A stretch of 64,000 nt of DNA from Candidatus Omnitrophota bacterium (GTDB lineage Bacteria; Omnitrophota; Gorgyraeia; Zapsychrales; Zapsychraceae). The notes under the pieces are model-generated. The model was not told where the DNA came from. It did no database searches and was given only the letters and a program-made list of their open reading frames with translations. The stretch covers positions 82,715-146,714 of the forward strand of contig JAJDCB010000026.1 of assembly GCA_029261065.1 (NCBI GenBank), written 5' to 3'. Position numbers and translations under genes: made by a program. Positions 18,492-29,581 of the stretch are shown piece by piece (within the stretch, counting starts at the first letter, position 1; the number at the start of each line of letters is the position of its first letter).

Positions 18492-18542
18492 GCGGGCAAT
18501 ATAATTTTTAAGTAATGGTATTTTATTCTAGGGAGGAACGTT

Positions 18543-19052
18543 ATGCATAAGAATTTTATTTTGGTATTAGTTTTATTTTTTATCGTGGGTTGTGGCTCTC
18601 AAGTTGCTGAAAAAAAATATGAAGGCGTTGAATCAGGAGAAGACTACATTGCTGAAGGAATGACGCAGCTGACGGGTACTAATCCAAATGTACAAGAAGC
18701 AATCAAAAAATTTGATATGGCTATAAAACAAGATCCAACAAATGTAAATAACTATATGGTGCTAGGTCAGGTTTACATGCGTTTACAAAATTATGATCGT
18801 GCCATTGATAGTCTATCTGCTGCCGTTCGCGTTGACCCAAGCAGTGGAGAAGCTTTTTATTTATTGTCTTTAAGTCAAAATCTTAAAGGTGACCGAGACG
18901 AAGCTGTAGGTTCTGCTAAAAAATCTGCTGAAATATTCATGCAAAAAAAAGATGCTGAAAAGCTTAAGCAGTCGTTAGCGTTGGTTAAAACTCTTACAGA
19001 AGAGATCGCTAAACCTGCCGATGTGAATTTAGAAACTTTTGATCTGCAATAG
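18543..19052 (+). CDS. TPR-repeat lipoprotein
   Basis: Lipobox IVGC; TPR helices (AIKQDP....YMVLGQVY; AVRVDP...EAFYLL). Confidence 0.8.
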   Translation: MHKNFILVLVLFFIVGCGSQVAEKKYEGVESGEDYIAEGMTQLTGTNPNVQEAIKKFDMAIKQDPTNVNNYMVLGQVYMRLQNYDRAIDSLSAAVRVDPSSGEAFYLLSLSQNLKGDRDEAVGSAKKSAEIFMQKKDAEKLKQSLALVKTLTEEIAKPADVNLETFDLQ

Positions 19053-19088
19053 CCTTAATATATTTAAGCAGCATTAAAAATTTATCTC

Positions 19089-20612
19089 ATGGAAAAAAGG
19101 AAGCGAATAAAGAATTTTTCTTTTGTTGTCCTCGCTTCCTTTTTATTCTATCTTTCCTTTCCAAATGTATTTACACCATACGGTTTTTCCTTCCTTGCGT
19201 GGTTATCCCTCATTCCTTTCTTACATGTTCTAGAGAAGTCTTCTCTTGTTAACAGATTTTTGTATTCCGTGTGTTTTGGATTAATAAGCTATGGTCTTTT
19301 AGTTCGGTGGGTTATTGATGTAAGTGGGGCCGGTTACATTTTATTTGTGAGTGTTTTGTGTGTACAATCCATTATATTTGGATGTTTATACCCTCGGCGC
19401 TGTGGACCCATTTTTTTGAAAGCATTATATCTCGGCTGTTTATGGGTTATGAGTGAATTCTTTCGAGAATTTCTAATGGGTGGTTTTACTTGGGGCTTCG
19501 GACTTTCTCAAAGTTTTCATCCCATGATCATACAATTTGCAGATATCACAGGGGTCAAGGGCTTGTCGTTTGCTTTGGTTTGTGTGAATGTTTGTTTATA
19601 TGGTGCTATCAAACAAAAGGAACAAAGACGTTCATCTTTCCTTGGAGTCTTTCTCATCTTTTTAGGAATTTTTTCTTATTCACATGGTGTTTTTAATATT
19701 TCCGATCTTCAAAGTGAGGGGAGAAAATATTTACGAGTTTGCAGCATCCAACCTAATTTCTCACCAGAAAATAAACACAATCCAAATTTTTTTGATAAAA
19801 ACTTAGACCAACAAATTAAACTTTCTTATGAATGTCTAGATCAAACACCCCTTGACCTTCTAATATGGCCGGAAACATCTTTAGTTGATGACATAATACA
19901 AGATGATATTACGTTTTACAAAATTGAAACAATGCTTCGATTAATAAAAACGCCTATGGTGTTAGGAACGGTCTTAGGAGAAGACGAACATTATTATAAC
20001 AGTGCGTTATTTGTTGATGAAAGAGGTGATGTTAAAAAGAGGTATGATAAACAAAAATTAATTCCTTTTGCAGAATACAATCCGACAGCTATTTTTAAAA
20101 ACATGTTATATAAGAAAGACTATGAATTCCAATCAGGATTAAAAGACGAAAGGACTCGTTTGGGTAATATTACATTTAACGTTGCCATATGCTCAGAAGA
20201 TTTTTATCCTCGGCTGTGGAGGCGGATGTCTCAACCTCCTTTGGATCTAATGATTGTTTTATTAAATGATGGATGGTTTCAATCTGATGAAGGAATGTTT
20301 ATGCATCTGCAAAGCTCTATATTGCAGGCGGTTACATTTAAGACCTCGGTCTTAAGAAGTTCGAATAATGGGGTAACAACATTTATTGATCCGTTTGGCG
20401 TTTTGTCAGCGTCATCAAAGAATGGGTTTGATGTTAATCAAGAGAAGGTCTTTTCTTATTTTGTTGAAACTAATAAATCAAATAGCTTTTATGCGCAATT
20501 TGGTGATATTTTTGCTATGTTTTGTTCTCTTTTTGTTATAATTATATTACTGATAGATTCCCGATGTCTCGGGAACGACAGGCATCTGCCATTCTTAACG
20601 TCACGAGAATGA
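19089..20612 (+). CDS. lnt: Apolipoprotein N-acyltransferase
   Basis: TM N-terminus, IQPN, LIWPETS, YYNSA, YDKQKLIPFAEY, ICSED, NDGWF; C-terminus runs into a REP cluster. Confidence 0.92.
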   Translation: MEKRKRIKNFSFVVLASFLFYLSFPNVFTPYGFSFLAWLSLIPFLHVLEKSSLVNRFLYSVCFGLISYGLLVRWVIDVSGAGYILFVSVLCVQSIIFGCLYPRRCGPIFLKALYLGCLWVMSEFFREFLMGGFTWGFGLSQSFHPMIIQFADITGVKGLSFALVCVNVCLYGAIKQKEQRRSSFLGVFLIFLGIFSYSHGVFNISDLQSEGRKYLRVCSIQPNFSPENKHNPNFFDKNLDQQIKLSYECLDQTPLDLLIWPETSLVDDIIQDDITFYKIETMLRLIKTPMVLGTVLGEDEHYYNSALFVDERGDVKKRYDKQKLIPFAEYNPTAIFKNMLYKKDYEFQSGLKDERTRLGNITFNVAICSEDFYPRLWRRMSQPPLDLMIVLLNDGWFQSDEGMFMHLQSSILQAVTFKTSVLRSSNNGVTTFIDPFGVLSASSKNGFDVNQEKVFSYFVETNKSNSFYAQFGDIFAMFCSLFVIIILLIDSRCLGNDRHLPFLTSRE

Positions 20613-20682
20613 CAGGGATCTCTTATTCTTAGCGTTTCGAGAACGACAAACATTTGTCATTCCCGAGACATCGGGAATCTAT
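20553..20682. repeat. REPIN-like cluster of four REP units
   Basis: Outer inverted pair atagattcccgatgtctcgggaacgaca / tgtcattcccgagacatcgggaatctat with two degenerate inner units. Confidence 0.85.
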
Positions 20683-20717
20683 TTGAGAAGGTACAAACCA
20701 AAACAAATTTTTCAATT

Positions 20718-21587
20718 ATGAATCGATACATTTATTATCTCATGAGTTTCGTTGTGATCGCATCTCCATCTTCTGCCTTTGCCGGCGGGGCTGTTGCCCA
20801 AAGACAGCAGGCTATCGACAGGCAAAGACAAGTGGCGCAACAGCAAGTATTACAACAACAACAACAAATTTTTCAACAGCGTCAACAATCTATTCAACGA
20901 CAAGTAGCGGTCCAACAGCAACAAGCTTACCAGCAAGTGGCAAGACAGAGAATGGCTCAGCAACAACAAGCCTACGCCCAGGCGTTACAACAACGGGCTG
21001 TTGCTCAACAACAAGGTTACGCACAAGCCGTTCAGAAGAAAGCCTATCAACAAGCGTTAACACAACAAGCGGTTCAACAGCAGGCCTACCAATCAGCCGC
21101 TCAGCAAAAAGCGTTGGCTCAACGACAACAAGCTGCGTATGCTGCACAAAAACAAGCTCAATTAGCTTCAATGAGACAACAACAAAATTCTGCTGCTAAT
21201 AAGCGGGCACCGGCAAGATATTCTTCTCAAGAGGCCCCTGACGAAGTTGTTAGTTTGGAAAAAATATGGAAAGAGTTAGACTCTTCGAGTGAAGTCTGGG
21301 CGATGATGATGGATTTAGAACCGAAGGTTATGACTGTAGAAAGATACATGAATTATTTCAAACAGCAAGGTATTCACATTCGAAAATCCCCTCCGCACTA
21401 TGTTCATTTAATTGATTCGATGACAAAAGATAATCCCAACCTTCTTCGCAATCCTTTTGAAGATTTGGTTAAATTAGCGGCTATTATAGAATATGATTTT
21501 GATAATGGGTTGGATAAAGAGCGTATGGCACGACAAATTTTGGGCGAAGTGGCTTATGAAAATAATCGTAAAAGGTTAGGGTTTTGA
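20718..21587 (+). CDS. Secreted protein with long Gln/Ala-rich region and helical C-terminal domain
   Basis: Signal peptide ending SSAFA; about 130 residues of Q-rich low complexity. Confidence 0.8.
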   Translation: MNRYIYYLMSFVVIASPSSAFAGGAVAQRQQAIDRQRQVAQQQVLQQQQQIFQQRQQSIQRQVAVQQQQAYQQVARQRMAQQQQAYAQALQQRAVAQQQGYAQAVQKKAYQQALTQQAVQQQAYQSAAQQKALAQRQQAAYAAQKQAQLASMRQQQNSAANKRAPARYSSQEAPDEVVSLEKIWKELDSSSEVWAMMMDLEPKVMTVERYMNYFKQQGIHIRKSPPHYVHLIDSMTKDNPNLLRNPFEDLVKLAAIIEYDFDNGLDKERMARQILGEVAYENNRKRLGF

Positions 21588-23068
21588 AAACGCCATATAT
21601 CCTCGCCATAGATCAAGGCACGACAGGTTCTAGAGCTTTTATTTTTAATGCGCGTGGTCAAGTCGTTGCAAGTGCCTACAAAGAATTCCCTCAATACTTT
21701 CCTAAGCCCGGCTGGGTTGAACACGATGCTGATGAAATTTGGCGTTCATGCACCTCTGTCATCAAACAAGTAATCAAAAAAGCTAAAATCAATTCTTCAA
21801 AGATTGTATCCATTGGGATTACGAATCAACGAGAAACAACGTGTGTTTGGGATCGTAAAACATCAAAACCTGTGGCACGAGCAATTGTTTGGCAATGTCG
21901 ACGGACAACTGAAATTTGTAAAAAGATGGCGCGACATACTAATACATTTCGTAAGAAAACAGGATTGGTTCTCGATCCCTATTTTTCTGGAACAAAAATT
22001 AAATGGTTGCTTGATCAAAAGAAAGGTCTTAAACAGCGGGCAAAAAATGGGAAAGTGTGTTTTGGAACCATGGACAGTTGGCTTATATGGAAGTTAACGC
22101 AAGGAACATCGCATGTTACAGATTATACAAATGCATCAAGAACTTTAGTTTTTAATATTCGTAGTAAGAAATGGGATGATCAGTTATTAAAAATTTTAGG
22201 TATTCCAAAATCAATTTTGCCAACAGCACAAAAATCTGGTTCTTTGTTCGGACATACAAAAGGAAGAGTTGCTGGTTTACCCGACGGAATTCCTATAACC
22301 GCTGTCCTAGGCGATCAACAAGCCGCTCTTTATGGGCAAGGGTGCTTTTCACCAGGAACTATGAAAAATACGTATGGGACAGGATGTTTTCTTGTTTTAA
22401 ATACGGGTAAAAAATGTGTGCTTTCAAAGAAGGGATTGTTAACAACAATTGCTGCCGATGATAAAGGAAATCCTATTTACGCGTTAGAAGGATCTATATT
22501 TATTGCAGGCGCAGTTGTGCAGTGGTTACGAGATCAATTAGGTGTGATTAAAAATTCTACTCAAATAGAAAATGCGATACAAGGTGTTAAAGATACTCAA
22601 GGGGTTTATTTTGTTCCCGCTTTTGCCGGTTTAGGCGCTCCTTACTGGGATAGTGAGGCTAGAGGAATTATTACAGGCTTAACGCGCGGGGCAAACGATA
22701 AGCACATCATGCGAGCAGCTCTTGAATCCATTGCGTATCAAACAAAGGATGTTTTTGAATTGATGAAAAAAGAGGTGGGAGGAAATATACGCGAGTTAAA
22801 GGTTGATGGTGGCGCGTGTCAGAATAATTTTTTAATGCAGTTTCAGGCGGATATGTTAGGTGCTAAAGTCATTCGACCAAAGATGATTGATACAACTGTT
22901 CAAGGAGTTGCTTTTTTAGCAGGGGTGACCCAAGGAGTATGGAGGGGAAAAAAGGATTTAGAAAAATTGTTTAAAAAAGATCGATCGTTTACGCCAAAGA
23001 AGAATAAGGGTTTTCGTGAAGAAAAATATAAGGGTTGGTTACAGGCGGTAGAAAGGGTGAGAAGTTAG
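21584..23068 (+). CDS. glpK: Glycerol kinase
   Basis: LAIDQGTTGSR, GITNQRET, DPYFSGTK, GDQQAALYGQ, KNTYGTG, VDGGA; TTG start. Confidence 0.97.
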   Translation: MKTPYILAIDQGTTGSRAFIFNARGQVVASAYKEFPQYFPKPGWVEHDADEIWRSCTSVIKQVIKKAKINSSKIVSIGITNQRETTCVWDRKTSKPVARAIVWQCRRTTEICKKMARHTNTFRKKTGLVLDPYFSGTKIKWLLDQKKGLKQRAKNGKVCFGTMDSWLIWKLTQGTSHVTDYTNASRTLVFNIRSKKWDDQLLKILGIPKSILPTAQKSGSLFGHTKGRVAGLPDGIPITAVLGDQQAALYGQGCFSPGTMKNTYGTGCFLVLNTGKKCVLSKKGLLTTIAADDKGNPIYALEGSIFIAGAVVQWLRDQLGVIKNSTQIENAIQGVKDTQGVYFVPAFAGLGAPYWDSEARGIITGLTRGANDKHIMRAALESIAYQTKDVFELMKKEVGGNIRELKVDGGACQNNFLMQFQADMLGAKVIRPKMIDTTVQGVAFLAGVTQGVWRGKKDLEKLFKKDRSFTPKKNKGFREEKYKGWLQAVERVRS

Positions 23069-23074
23069 CTATTT

Positions 23075-24580
23075 ATGCGGGATATATCGAAATTACAAAA
23101 AGGACGTTTTGATGTTCTTATAATTGGTGGTGGAATCAACGGGGCTGCTATTGCAAATATGGCAGCCGAGGCCGGTCTTCGGACGGCCCTAATCGAAAAA
23201 AATGATTTTGCCAGTGGCACTTCGAGTAAGTCCACAAAGTTGGTGCACGGTGGATTGCGTTATTTAGAAAATTTTGAATTTGATTTGGTTCGCGAGTCAC
23301 TAAGAGAACGTTTTATTCAACTGATCAATGTTCCTCACCTTGTAAAACCTTTAGAATTTATCATTCCTGTTTATAAGACAAGCCCTCGCCCTTTTTGGAT
23401 GATCAAGTTGGGAGTTAAATTGTATGATTTTTTAAGCGGTAAGTATTTAATCCACCCCCATCGTGTCCTTACAATCCAAGAAGTTGTAAAAGAGCTACCC
23501 GATATAAATCAAGAAGGCCTATTGGGCGGCGTTTCTTATTACGATGCTCAAATGGATGATGCGAGGTTATGTTTGGAAAATGTTTTATCAGCTCGAGAAA
23601 AAGGGGCGAATGTTTATAATTATCTGGAAGTCTTGCGTGTGAGCAAAGTAAATGGCAAAGCGCAAGGGATTGAGGTAAAAGACAAACTTACAAATACACG
23701 ATTTGATATTAAGGCCGATCGTATTATCAGTTGTGTGGGACCCTGGACCAATCAGATGTTAAAAATTGAAAATCCACATGCTATGGCAAAAATTCGAACG
23801 ACAAAGGGTGTTCACATTGTTTATCAAGGCGAGCTTTCATCAAAGGCGATGTTAGTTCAGGCAAAAAAAGATAAACGCATTTTTTTTATTATTCCTTGGA
23901 AAGGAAATTCGCTAATAGGAACAACCGATACTGATTTTTCAGGCAATCCAAATGATGTGAAGGTAGAAGATGAGGATATTGAATATCTTTTTAAAGAAGC
24001 ATTGCGTATTTTTCCAAACAAAGATTTTCAACGCAAAAACATTATTTCATCTTTTGCTGGTTTAAGACCTTTGGTTCGTAAAGAAGGCTCTCCTTCCAAG
24101 GTGTCTCGTAATCATGTTCTTGAAGAGTCCTATTCGGGAATTATTTATGTGATGGGTGGTAAGTACACAACCTATCGAAAGATTGCCGAAGATGTTATGG
24201 TTTTAATGGGCAGGGAAAAGAATCGGGAAAGTTCTTTAAGTTATCCGTTAGTAGGCAGCGGTGTTGTTACGGATAAACCTGCAAGCATTGCAAAAGAATA
24301 TAAAGTGGATGAAGCCTTGGTCTGTTATCTAATTAATATTTATGGTCGTTGTTTTGAGGACGTTTTAAAATTGACGAAAGAAGACGAATCTTTAAAAGAT
24401 GTTATCTGCTCTTGTTCACCAGCCATTAAGGCACAAATAAAGTATGCCCAATCAGTTGAATTAGCCTGCAAAGAGGATGATGTTTATTGGCGACGACTAG
24501 ATATGGGATATTTGCCGTGTCAATCTGGAAAGTGTCAGAACTTGATAAAGGAGATTTTAGAGGTCGAAAATGGGGTCTAA
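23075..24580 (+). CDS. glpD: FAD-dependent glycerol-3-phosphate dehydrogenase
   Basis: IIGGGINGA, DFASGTSSKSTKLVHGGLRYLE, DDARL, GLRPL, GGKYTTYR. Confidence 0.95.
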   Translation: MRDISKLQKGRFDVLIIGGGINGAAIANMAAEAGLRTALIEKNDFASGTSSKSTKLVHGGLRYLENFEFDLVRESLRERFIQLINVPHLVKPLEFIIPVYKTSPRPFWMIKLGVKLYDFLSGKYLIHPHRVLTIQEVVKELPDINQEGLLGGVSYYDAQMDDARLCLENVLSAREKGANVYNYLEVLRVSKVNGKAQGIEVKDKLTNTRFDIKADRIISCVGPWTNQMLKIENPHAMAKIRTTKGVHIVYQGELSSKAMLVQAKKDKRIFFIIPWKGNSLIGTTDTDFSGNPNDVKVEDEDIEYLFKEALRIFPNKDFQRKNIISSFAGLRPLVRKEGSPSKVSRNHVLEESYSGIIYVMGGKYTTYRKIAEDVMVLMGREKNRESSLSYPLVGSGVVTDKPASIAKEYKVDEALVCYLINIYGRCFEDVLKLTKEDESLKDVICSCSPAIKAQIKYAQSVELACKEDDVYWRRLDMGYLPCQSGKCQNLIKEILEVENGV

Positions 24581-24591
24581 TCCCTACTTTT
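24567..24591. repeat. Degenerate TAGGGTYTGTCCCTA hairpin repeat, copy 3
   Basis: aaaatggggtctaatccctactttt overlapping the glpD stop. Confidence 0.5.
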
Positions 24592-24593
24592 TC

Positions 24594-24621
24594 TTGACAA
24601 AGACAAACAAAATGCTATAGT
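24594..24621 (+). promoter_or_regulatory. Sigma70 promoter of car operon
   Basis: TTGACA-16 nt-TATAGT with extended -10 TGn. Confidence 0.7.
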
Positions 24622-24686
24622 TATCCAGGCTGCAGGAGCTTTTTGCAGTCCTACCGTAATCACACCTTTATATATATATTAAACAC

Positions 24687-25787
24687 ATGCGTAAAGCCAT
24701 TTTATATTTGGAAGACGGGACTTATTTTGTTGGCACATCCCTCTCTACCCAAGGGACAAGTGCGGGCGAAGTTGTCTTTAATACAGCCATGTCTGGTTAT
24801 CAGGAAATCCTGACAGATCCTTCGTATGCTGGTCAGATAGTAACTATGACCTATCCGTTGATCGGTAATTATGGTGTTAATGAAGAGGATGTTGAATCAA
24901 ACAATGTTCACGTAAAAGGATTTGTCGTTAAAGAGTTCTGTCGTCATCATTCCAATTTTCGCGCCACCCAAAGTCTTATTGATTATTTAGATGAACACAA
25001 TATTATCGCCATTGAAGGCATCGATACGCGCGCCTTAACACGACAACTTCGTGTTAAAGGAGCTATGCGGGGATTGATTTCGACGGAGGAGTTTGATTTG
25101 GATAAATTGGCGGCCAAGATGAAGGACGTTCCTTCTATGGAAGGGGCTGATTGGGTTAAAGAGGTGACGACATCCAAGAAGTATATTTGGTCCAATGACG
25201 ATGATGATTCCAAAAAGAAATACAAGGTTGCTGCTATAGATTGTGGGATTAAGTTTAATATTTTAAGAATTTTGACAAAGCTAGGTTGCGAGGTTCATGT
25301 CTTTCCTGCTCAAGCCAGTATTGATGAAATAATGTCTATTAAACCCGATGGCGTTTTTGTTTCAAATGGTCCAGGCGATCCTTCGGCTGTGACATACGCG
25401 GTGGATACTGTTCGCCAATGTTTCGGAAAGTTGCCTGTGTTTGGAATTTGTTTAGGTCATCAAATTGTTGGTCAGGCGCTTAATGGGAAAACATTTAAAT
25501 TAAAATTTGGACATCATGGAGCTAATCATCCTGTACAAGATTTATTAGATAAACGTATTGGGATCACGTCACAGAATCACGGGTTTTGTGTGGACATTGA
25601 AAGTTTAAATAAGGACGAGGTTGAAATGATCGATATTAATTTAAATGACCAAACGCTTGAAGGCCTTCGTCATAAAAAGATGCCTATTCTTTCGTTTCAA
25701 CATCATCCTGAGGCGGCACCTGGTCCTCACGATGCTATGTATTTGTTTGATTATTTTATTGAGATGATGGAGTCTGGTAGGTCGTAG
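24687..25787 (+). CDS. carA: Carbamoyl-phosphate synthase small subunit
   Basis: GEVVFNTAMSGYQEILTDPSY, SNGPGDP, GICLGHQ, HPEAAPGPHD. Confidence 0.98.
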   Translation: MRKAILYLEDGTYFVGTSLSTQGTSAGEVVFNTAMSGYQEILTDPSYAGQIVTMTYPLIGNYGVNEEDVESNNVHVKGFVVKEFCRHHSNFRATQSLIDYLDEHNIIAIEGIDTRALTRQLRVKGAMRGLISTEEFDLDKLAAKMKDVPSMEGADWVKEVTTSKKYIWSNDDDDSKKKYKVAAIDCGIKFNILRILTKLGCEVHVFPAQASIDEIMSIKPDGVFVSNGPGDPSAVTYAVDTVRQCFGKLPVFGICLGHQIVGQALNGKTFKLKFGHHGANHPVQDLLDKRIGITSQNHGFCVDIESLNKDEVEMIDINLNDQTLEGLRHKKMPILSFQHHPEAAPGPHDAMYLFDYFIEMMESGRS

Positions 25788-26289
25788 GTTGTATGTAGTA
25801 GGTAGAAAAAACAAAAATAGAAAACATAAAACAGATTCCCCTGCTGTTTAAATTGATGAAAGGGGTAATCTTATGAGTTATAGAGGCTACAGAGATTTAA
25901 ATGTGTATCAGTTATCTTATCAAGTTGCTATGAAAGTGTTTGAGGTTACGAAGGATTTTCCAAAAGAAGAGAAATGTTCACTTGTTGATCAAATAAGAAG
26001 ATCTTCTAGAAGTATTCCAGCAAACCTTGCCGAGGCTTGGAGGAAAAGAGCTTATAAAAAGATGTTTATTAGCAAGGTTTTTGATTGTTGTGCGGAAGCT
26101 GGAGAAACGGAAGTTTGGTTGGATTTTGCCAAAGACTGTGGATATCTTTCAAAGGAAAACCACACTCAGCTTTTTACAGATTATCAAACAATAAACAAAA
26201 TGTTAAACGGGATTATCAATAACGCAAACAAGTTTTGTTTAAATACATGATTTTGTTTTCTACTTACTACATACAACTTACTACATACT
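25776..26289. mobile_element. Four-helix-bundle cassette bounded by inverted heptamer-repeat arms
   Basis: Left arm ggtaggt-cgtaggt-tgtatgt-agtaggt-agaaaaaacaaaa (25776-25816); right arm ttttgttttct-acttact-acataca-acttact-acatact (26251-26289). Mobility is inferred. Confidence 0.7.
25873..26250 (+). CDS. Four helix bundle protein (23S rRNA IVP/TIGR02436, Avd-like fold)
   Basis: YRDLNVYQ.....[26 protein letters not shown]...[15 protein letters not shown]. Confidence 0.93.
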   Translation: MSYRGYRDLNVYQLSYQVAMKVFEVTKDFPKEEKCSLVDQIRRSSRSIPANLAEAWRKRAYKKMFISKVFDCCAEAGETEVWLDFAKDCGYLSKENHTQLFTDYQTINKMLNGIINNANKFCLNT

Positions 26290-26293
26290 AATT

Positions 26294-29200
26294 ATGCCAA
26301 AACGTACAGATATTAAAAAGATACTCCTTCTGGGATCCGGACCAATCGTCATCGGTCAGGCGTGTGAATTCGATTACTCAGGGACGCAAGCATGCAAGGC
26401 CCTTAGAGAAGAAGGCTATGAAATTGTTTTAGCCAATTCCAATCCAGCGACGATCATGACAGATCCAGAATTTGCCGACCATACCTATATCGAACCACTT
26501 ACCCCAGAATATATTGCTGCTATCATTGAAAAAGAACGACCCTGTGCGGTTTTACCGACGTTGGGCGGTCAGACGGCTTTAAATTTAGCAATGAATTTAT
26601 ATGAAGATGGGACGTTGAAAAAATATAATGTTGAGATGTTGGGAGCCAATTATGATGTGATTAAAAAGGCTGAAGATCGTCATTGTTTCCGAGAGGCTAT
26701 GTTAAAAATTGGTATGGATATTCCAAGAAGTGCTGTTGCCTATAATATGGAAGAAGCTAAAAAGGCTGCCAAAGAGATTGGTTTTCCCCTTATCATTCGA
26801 CCAAGTTTTACACTCGGGGGAACGGGTGGCGGTTTTGCCAATGATATGGAAGAATTGGAACGCATTGCGGCCTTAGGAATCGAAAGTAGTCTTAACAATG
26901 AAATTCTTATCGAAGAATCCATTTTTGGTTGGAAAGAATACGAGCTTGAGGTTATGCGAGATCATAAAGATAATGTTGTTATTGTTTGTTCGATAGAAAA
27001 CCTAGATCCTATGGGTGTTCATACAGGAGATAGTATTACCGTGGCACCTTCACAAACGTTAACGGATCGAGAATATCAAGTCATGCGTAACGCTTCTCTT
27101 GAAATTATTCGAGAGATTGGCGTTGAGACAGGAGGATCTAATATTCAGTTTGCGATTAATCCAGAGAATGGTCGGATGATTGTTATTGAAATGAATCCAC
27201 GTGTCTCACGAAGCTCAGCTCTCGCTAGTAAAGCTACAGGTTTTCCTATTGCTAAGTTTGCAGCCATGTTGGCTGTTGGGTACACCTTGGATGAAATTCA
27301 AAATGATATTACTAAAGAAACACCGGCGTGCTTTGAGCCAGCCATTGATTATATCGTCGTTAAAGCTCCTCGGTTTACTTTTGAAAAGTTTCCAGAGGCC
27401 AAAGATATTTTAGGTGTTCAGATGAAATCTGTGGGAGAGACGATGGCGATTGGGCGAACGTTTAAAGAAGCATTGCAAAAAGCGTTGCGTGGTTTAGAAA
27501 TAGGGCATGTTGGTTTTGATAACAAATGGAATTTTAGAGATCTCACCGATGAAAAGGTTAGATGGCGTTTGGAGGAGCCTAATGCCTCACGGATTTTTTA
27601 TGTGAAGTATGCCCTTCAAAAGGGATGGTCTATCGAGAAGATTGCAGAGATTAGCCGGATTGATATTTGGTTTATTTTTCAAATGAAGCAAATTTTCGAT
27701 TTAGAAAATGAAATTGTAGATACTTTTCGAAAAGAAAAGAATGTTCCTGATAATCTTCTGCGCAAAGCAAAGGAATACGGTTTTAGCGATGTTCAATTAG
27801 CTCAAATCATGGAAACGGATGAGCTGCAAGTTCGGAATCTAAGAAAGAGTAAGAATATCATTGCGACGTTTAAGCTAGTAGATACATGTGCTGCGGAATT
27901 TGAGGCGTATACACCTTACTTTTATTCAACCTATGAAGCAGAAGATGAGGCAAGAATTCAGATTGAGAAGTTAACATCACAATACAAACAGCCTAAAAAG
28001 AAAATTATGATTTTAGGTGGTGGGCCCAATCGTATTGGTCAGGGGATTGAGTTTGATTATTGTTGTGTACATGCTTCGTTTGCTTTAAAGGATATGGGTT
28101 TTGAAGCGATCATGGTTAACTCGAATCCGGAAACCGTATCGACGGATTATGATATTTCAGACAGATTGTACTTTGAACCATTGACATTTGAAGATGTTAT
28201 GAATATTATTGATGTAGAACAACCTGATGGAGTCATTGTTCAGTTTGGAGGACAAACGCCACTTAATTTAGCAAGTCGACTACATGAAGCTGGAGTTCCT
28301 ATCATTGGTACAAGCGTTCTATCCATCGAGTTAGCAGAAAATCGCCAAAAATTTTCAGAATTGATTAATAAGCTGGAATTAGTTCAACCAGCTAACGGAT
28401 CAGCTGTTTCTATTGATGAGGTTGCTGGTATTGCTAATCAAGTAGGTTATCCTGTTTTAGTGCGTCCTTCCTATGTGCTTGGTGGCCGTGCGATGAAAAT
28501 TGTGTATGACGAGAAGAAGTTGCTTTCTTTTATGGATGAGGTGAAAGAGGCCTCTCAGGGACATCCCATTTTAATTGATAAATTTATAGAAGATGCTATT
28601 GAGGTTGATGTTGATGCGATAAGTGATGGCGAGGAAACATTTGTTGCAGGTATCATGGAACACATTGAAAACGCTGGCATTCATTCGGGAGATTCGGCAT
28701 GTACCATTCCCCCGCCAACGATAAGTGAAGATTTGATTGCAAAGATTAAAAAAGATACCTGTCGCATCGCTAAGGAATTAAAGGTTATTGGTTTGATAAA
28801 TATTCAATTTGCCGTTAAGGGTAGACGTATTTTTGTGTTGGAAGTTAATCCTAGAGCCTCACGCACATCTCCTTTTGTAAGTAAGGCAACAGGTATTCCA
28901 CTAGCTAAGATAGCGGCGCAAATTATGGCGGGAAAGAAATTAAGTGAATTTAGTTTGAGTTACGAGAAGATTCAAAATTTAAAACATGTCTCCGTCAAAG
29001 AATCCGTCCTACCTTTTTCACGTTTTTCAGGTGTTGATATTGTGTTAGGCCCTGAGATGAAATCTACCGGTGAGGTCATGGGAATTGGCAAGACGTACGG
29101 CGAGGCTTATGCTAAATCACAAATTTGTGCGAATTCGGCGTTACCTCAAAAGGGACAAGTTTTTGTTAGTGTTAAAGATGAAGATAAACGTGCTGTTGTT

Positions 29201-29581
29201 TTGATAGCAAAGAAGTTGATGGATTTAGGATTTAAGGTGGTTTCAACAAGAGGCACGGCAAAAGTTTTACGTTCAAGCGACGTTGATGTTACAGAAGTTG
29301 CTCGGTATGATCAAGGACAACAAATCAAAGAAAACTTAATGACACTATTAAAAAATAGCGAAATCGATCTTATTATTAATACACCTTCAGGGGAAAGTAG
29401 CCAGTATGATATGCGTTCCATTCGAGCGGCAGCCATTTTACACGCCATTCCTTGTATAACAACACTTCAGGGAGCTTGGGCTGCTGTGAATGGCATGGAG
29501 GCTATTCGTCAAGAAAAAATTACCGTTCAATCGCTACAAGAGTATTACAAACAAGGGGAAGGTTCGTCATGTGCGGTATAA
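26294..29581 (+). CDS. carB: Carbamoyl-phosphate synthase large subunit
   Basis: [28 protein letters not shown]; duplicated ATP-grasp domains; MGS domain. Confidence 0.98.
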   Translation: MPKRTDIKKILLLGSGPIVIGQACEFDYSGTQACKALREEGYEIVLANSNPATIMTDPEFADHTYIEPLTPEYIAAIIEKERPCAVLPTLGGQTALNLAMNLYEDGTLKKYNVEMLGANYDVIKKAEDRHCFREAMLKIGMDIPRSAVAYNMEEAKKAAKEIGFPLIIRPSFTLGGTGGGFANDMEELERIAALGIESSLNNEILIEESIFGWKEYELEVMRDHKDNVVIVCSIENLDPMGVHTGDSITVAPSQTLTDREYQVMRNASLEIIREIGVETGGSNIQFAINPENGRMIVIEMNPRVSRSSALASKATGFPIAKFAAMLAVGYTLDEIQNDITKETPACFEPAIDYIVVKAPRFTFEKFPEAKDILGVQMKSVGETMAIGRTFKEALQKALRGLEIGHVGFDNKWNFRDLTDEKVRWRLEEPNASRIFYVKYALQKGWSIEKIAEISRIDIWFIFQMKQIFDLENEIVDTFRKEKNVPDNLLRKAKEYGFSDVQLAQIMETDELQVRNLRKSKNIIATFKLVDTCAAEFEAYTPYFYSTYEAEDEARIQIEKLTSQYKQPKKKIMILGGGPNRIGQGIEFDYCCVHASFALKDMGFEAIMVNSNPETVSTDYDISDRLYFEPLTFEDVMNIIDVEQPDGVIVQFGGQTPLNLASRLHEAGVPIIGTSVLSIELAENRQKFSELINKLELVQPANGSAVSIDEVAGIANQVGYPVLVRPSYVLGGRAMKIVYDEKKLLSFMDEVKEASQGHPILIDKFIEDAIEVDVDAISDGEETFVAGIMEHIENAGIHSGDSACTIPPPTISEDLIAKIKKDTCRIAKELKVIGLINIQFAVKGRRIFVLEVNPRASRTSPFVSKATGIPLAKIAAQIMAGKKLSEFSLSYEKIQNLKHVSVKESVLPFSRFSGVDIVLGPEMKSTGEVMGIGKTYGEAYAKSQICANSALPQKGQVFVSVKDEDKRAVVLIAKKLMDLGFKVVSTRGTAKVLRSSDVDVTEVARYDQGQQIKENLMTLLKNSEIDLIINTPSGESSQYDMRSIRAAAILHAIPCITTLQGAWAAVNGMEAIRQEKITVQSLQEYYKQGEGSSCAV

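Noticed and set aside
20553-20682. CRISPR array from regularly spaced palindromic repeats
   Set aside because: Units are in mixed orientation, degenerate, lack unique 30-40 nt spacers, and no cas genes are present
25873-26250. Diversity-generating retroelement or rRNA intervening sequence
   Set aside because: No reverse transcriptase, TR/VR pair or rRNA gene in the window; only the Avd/IVP-like fold is present
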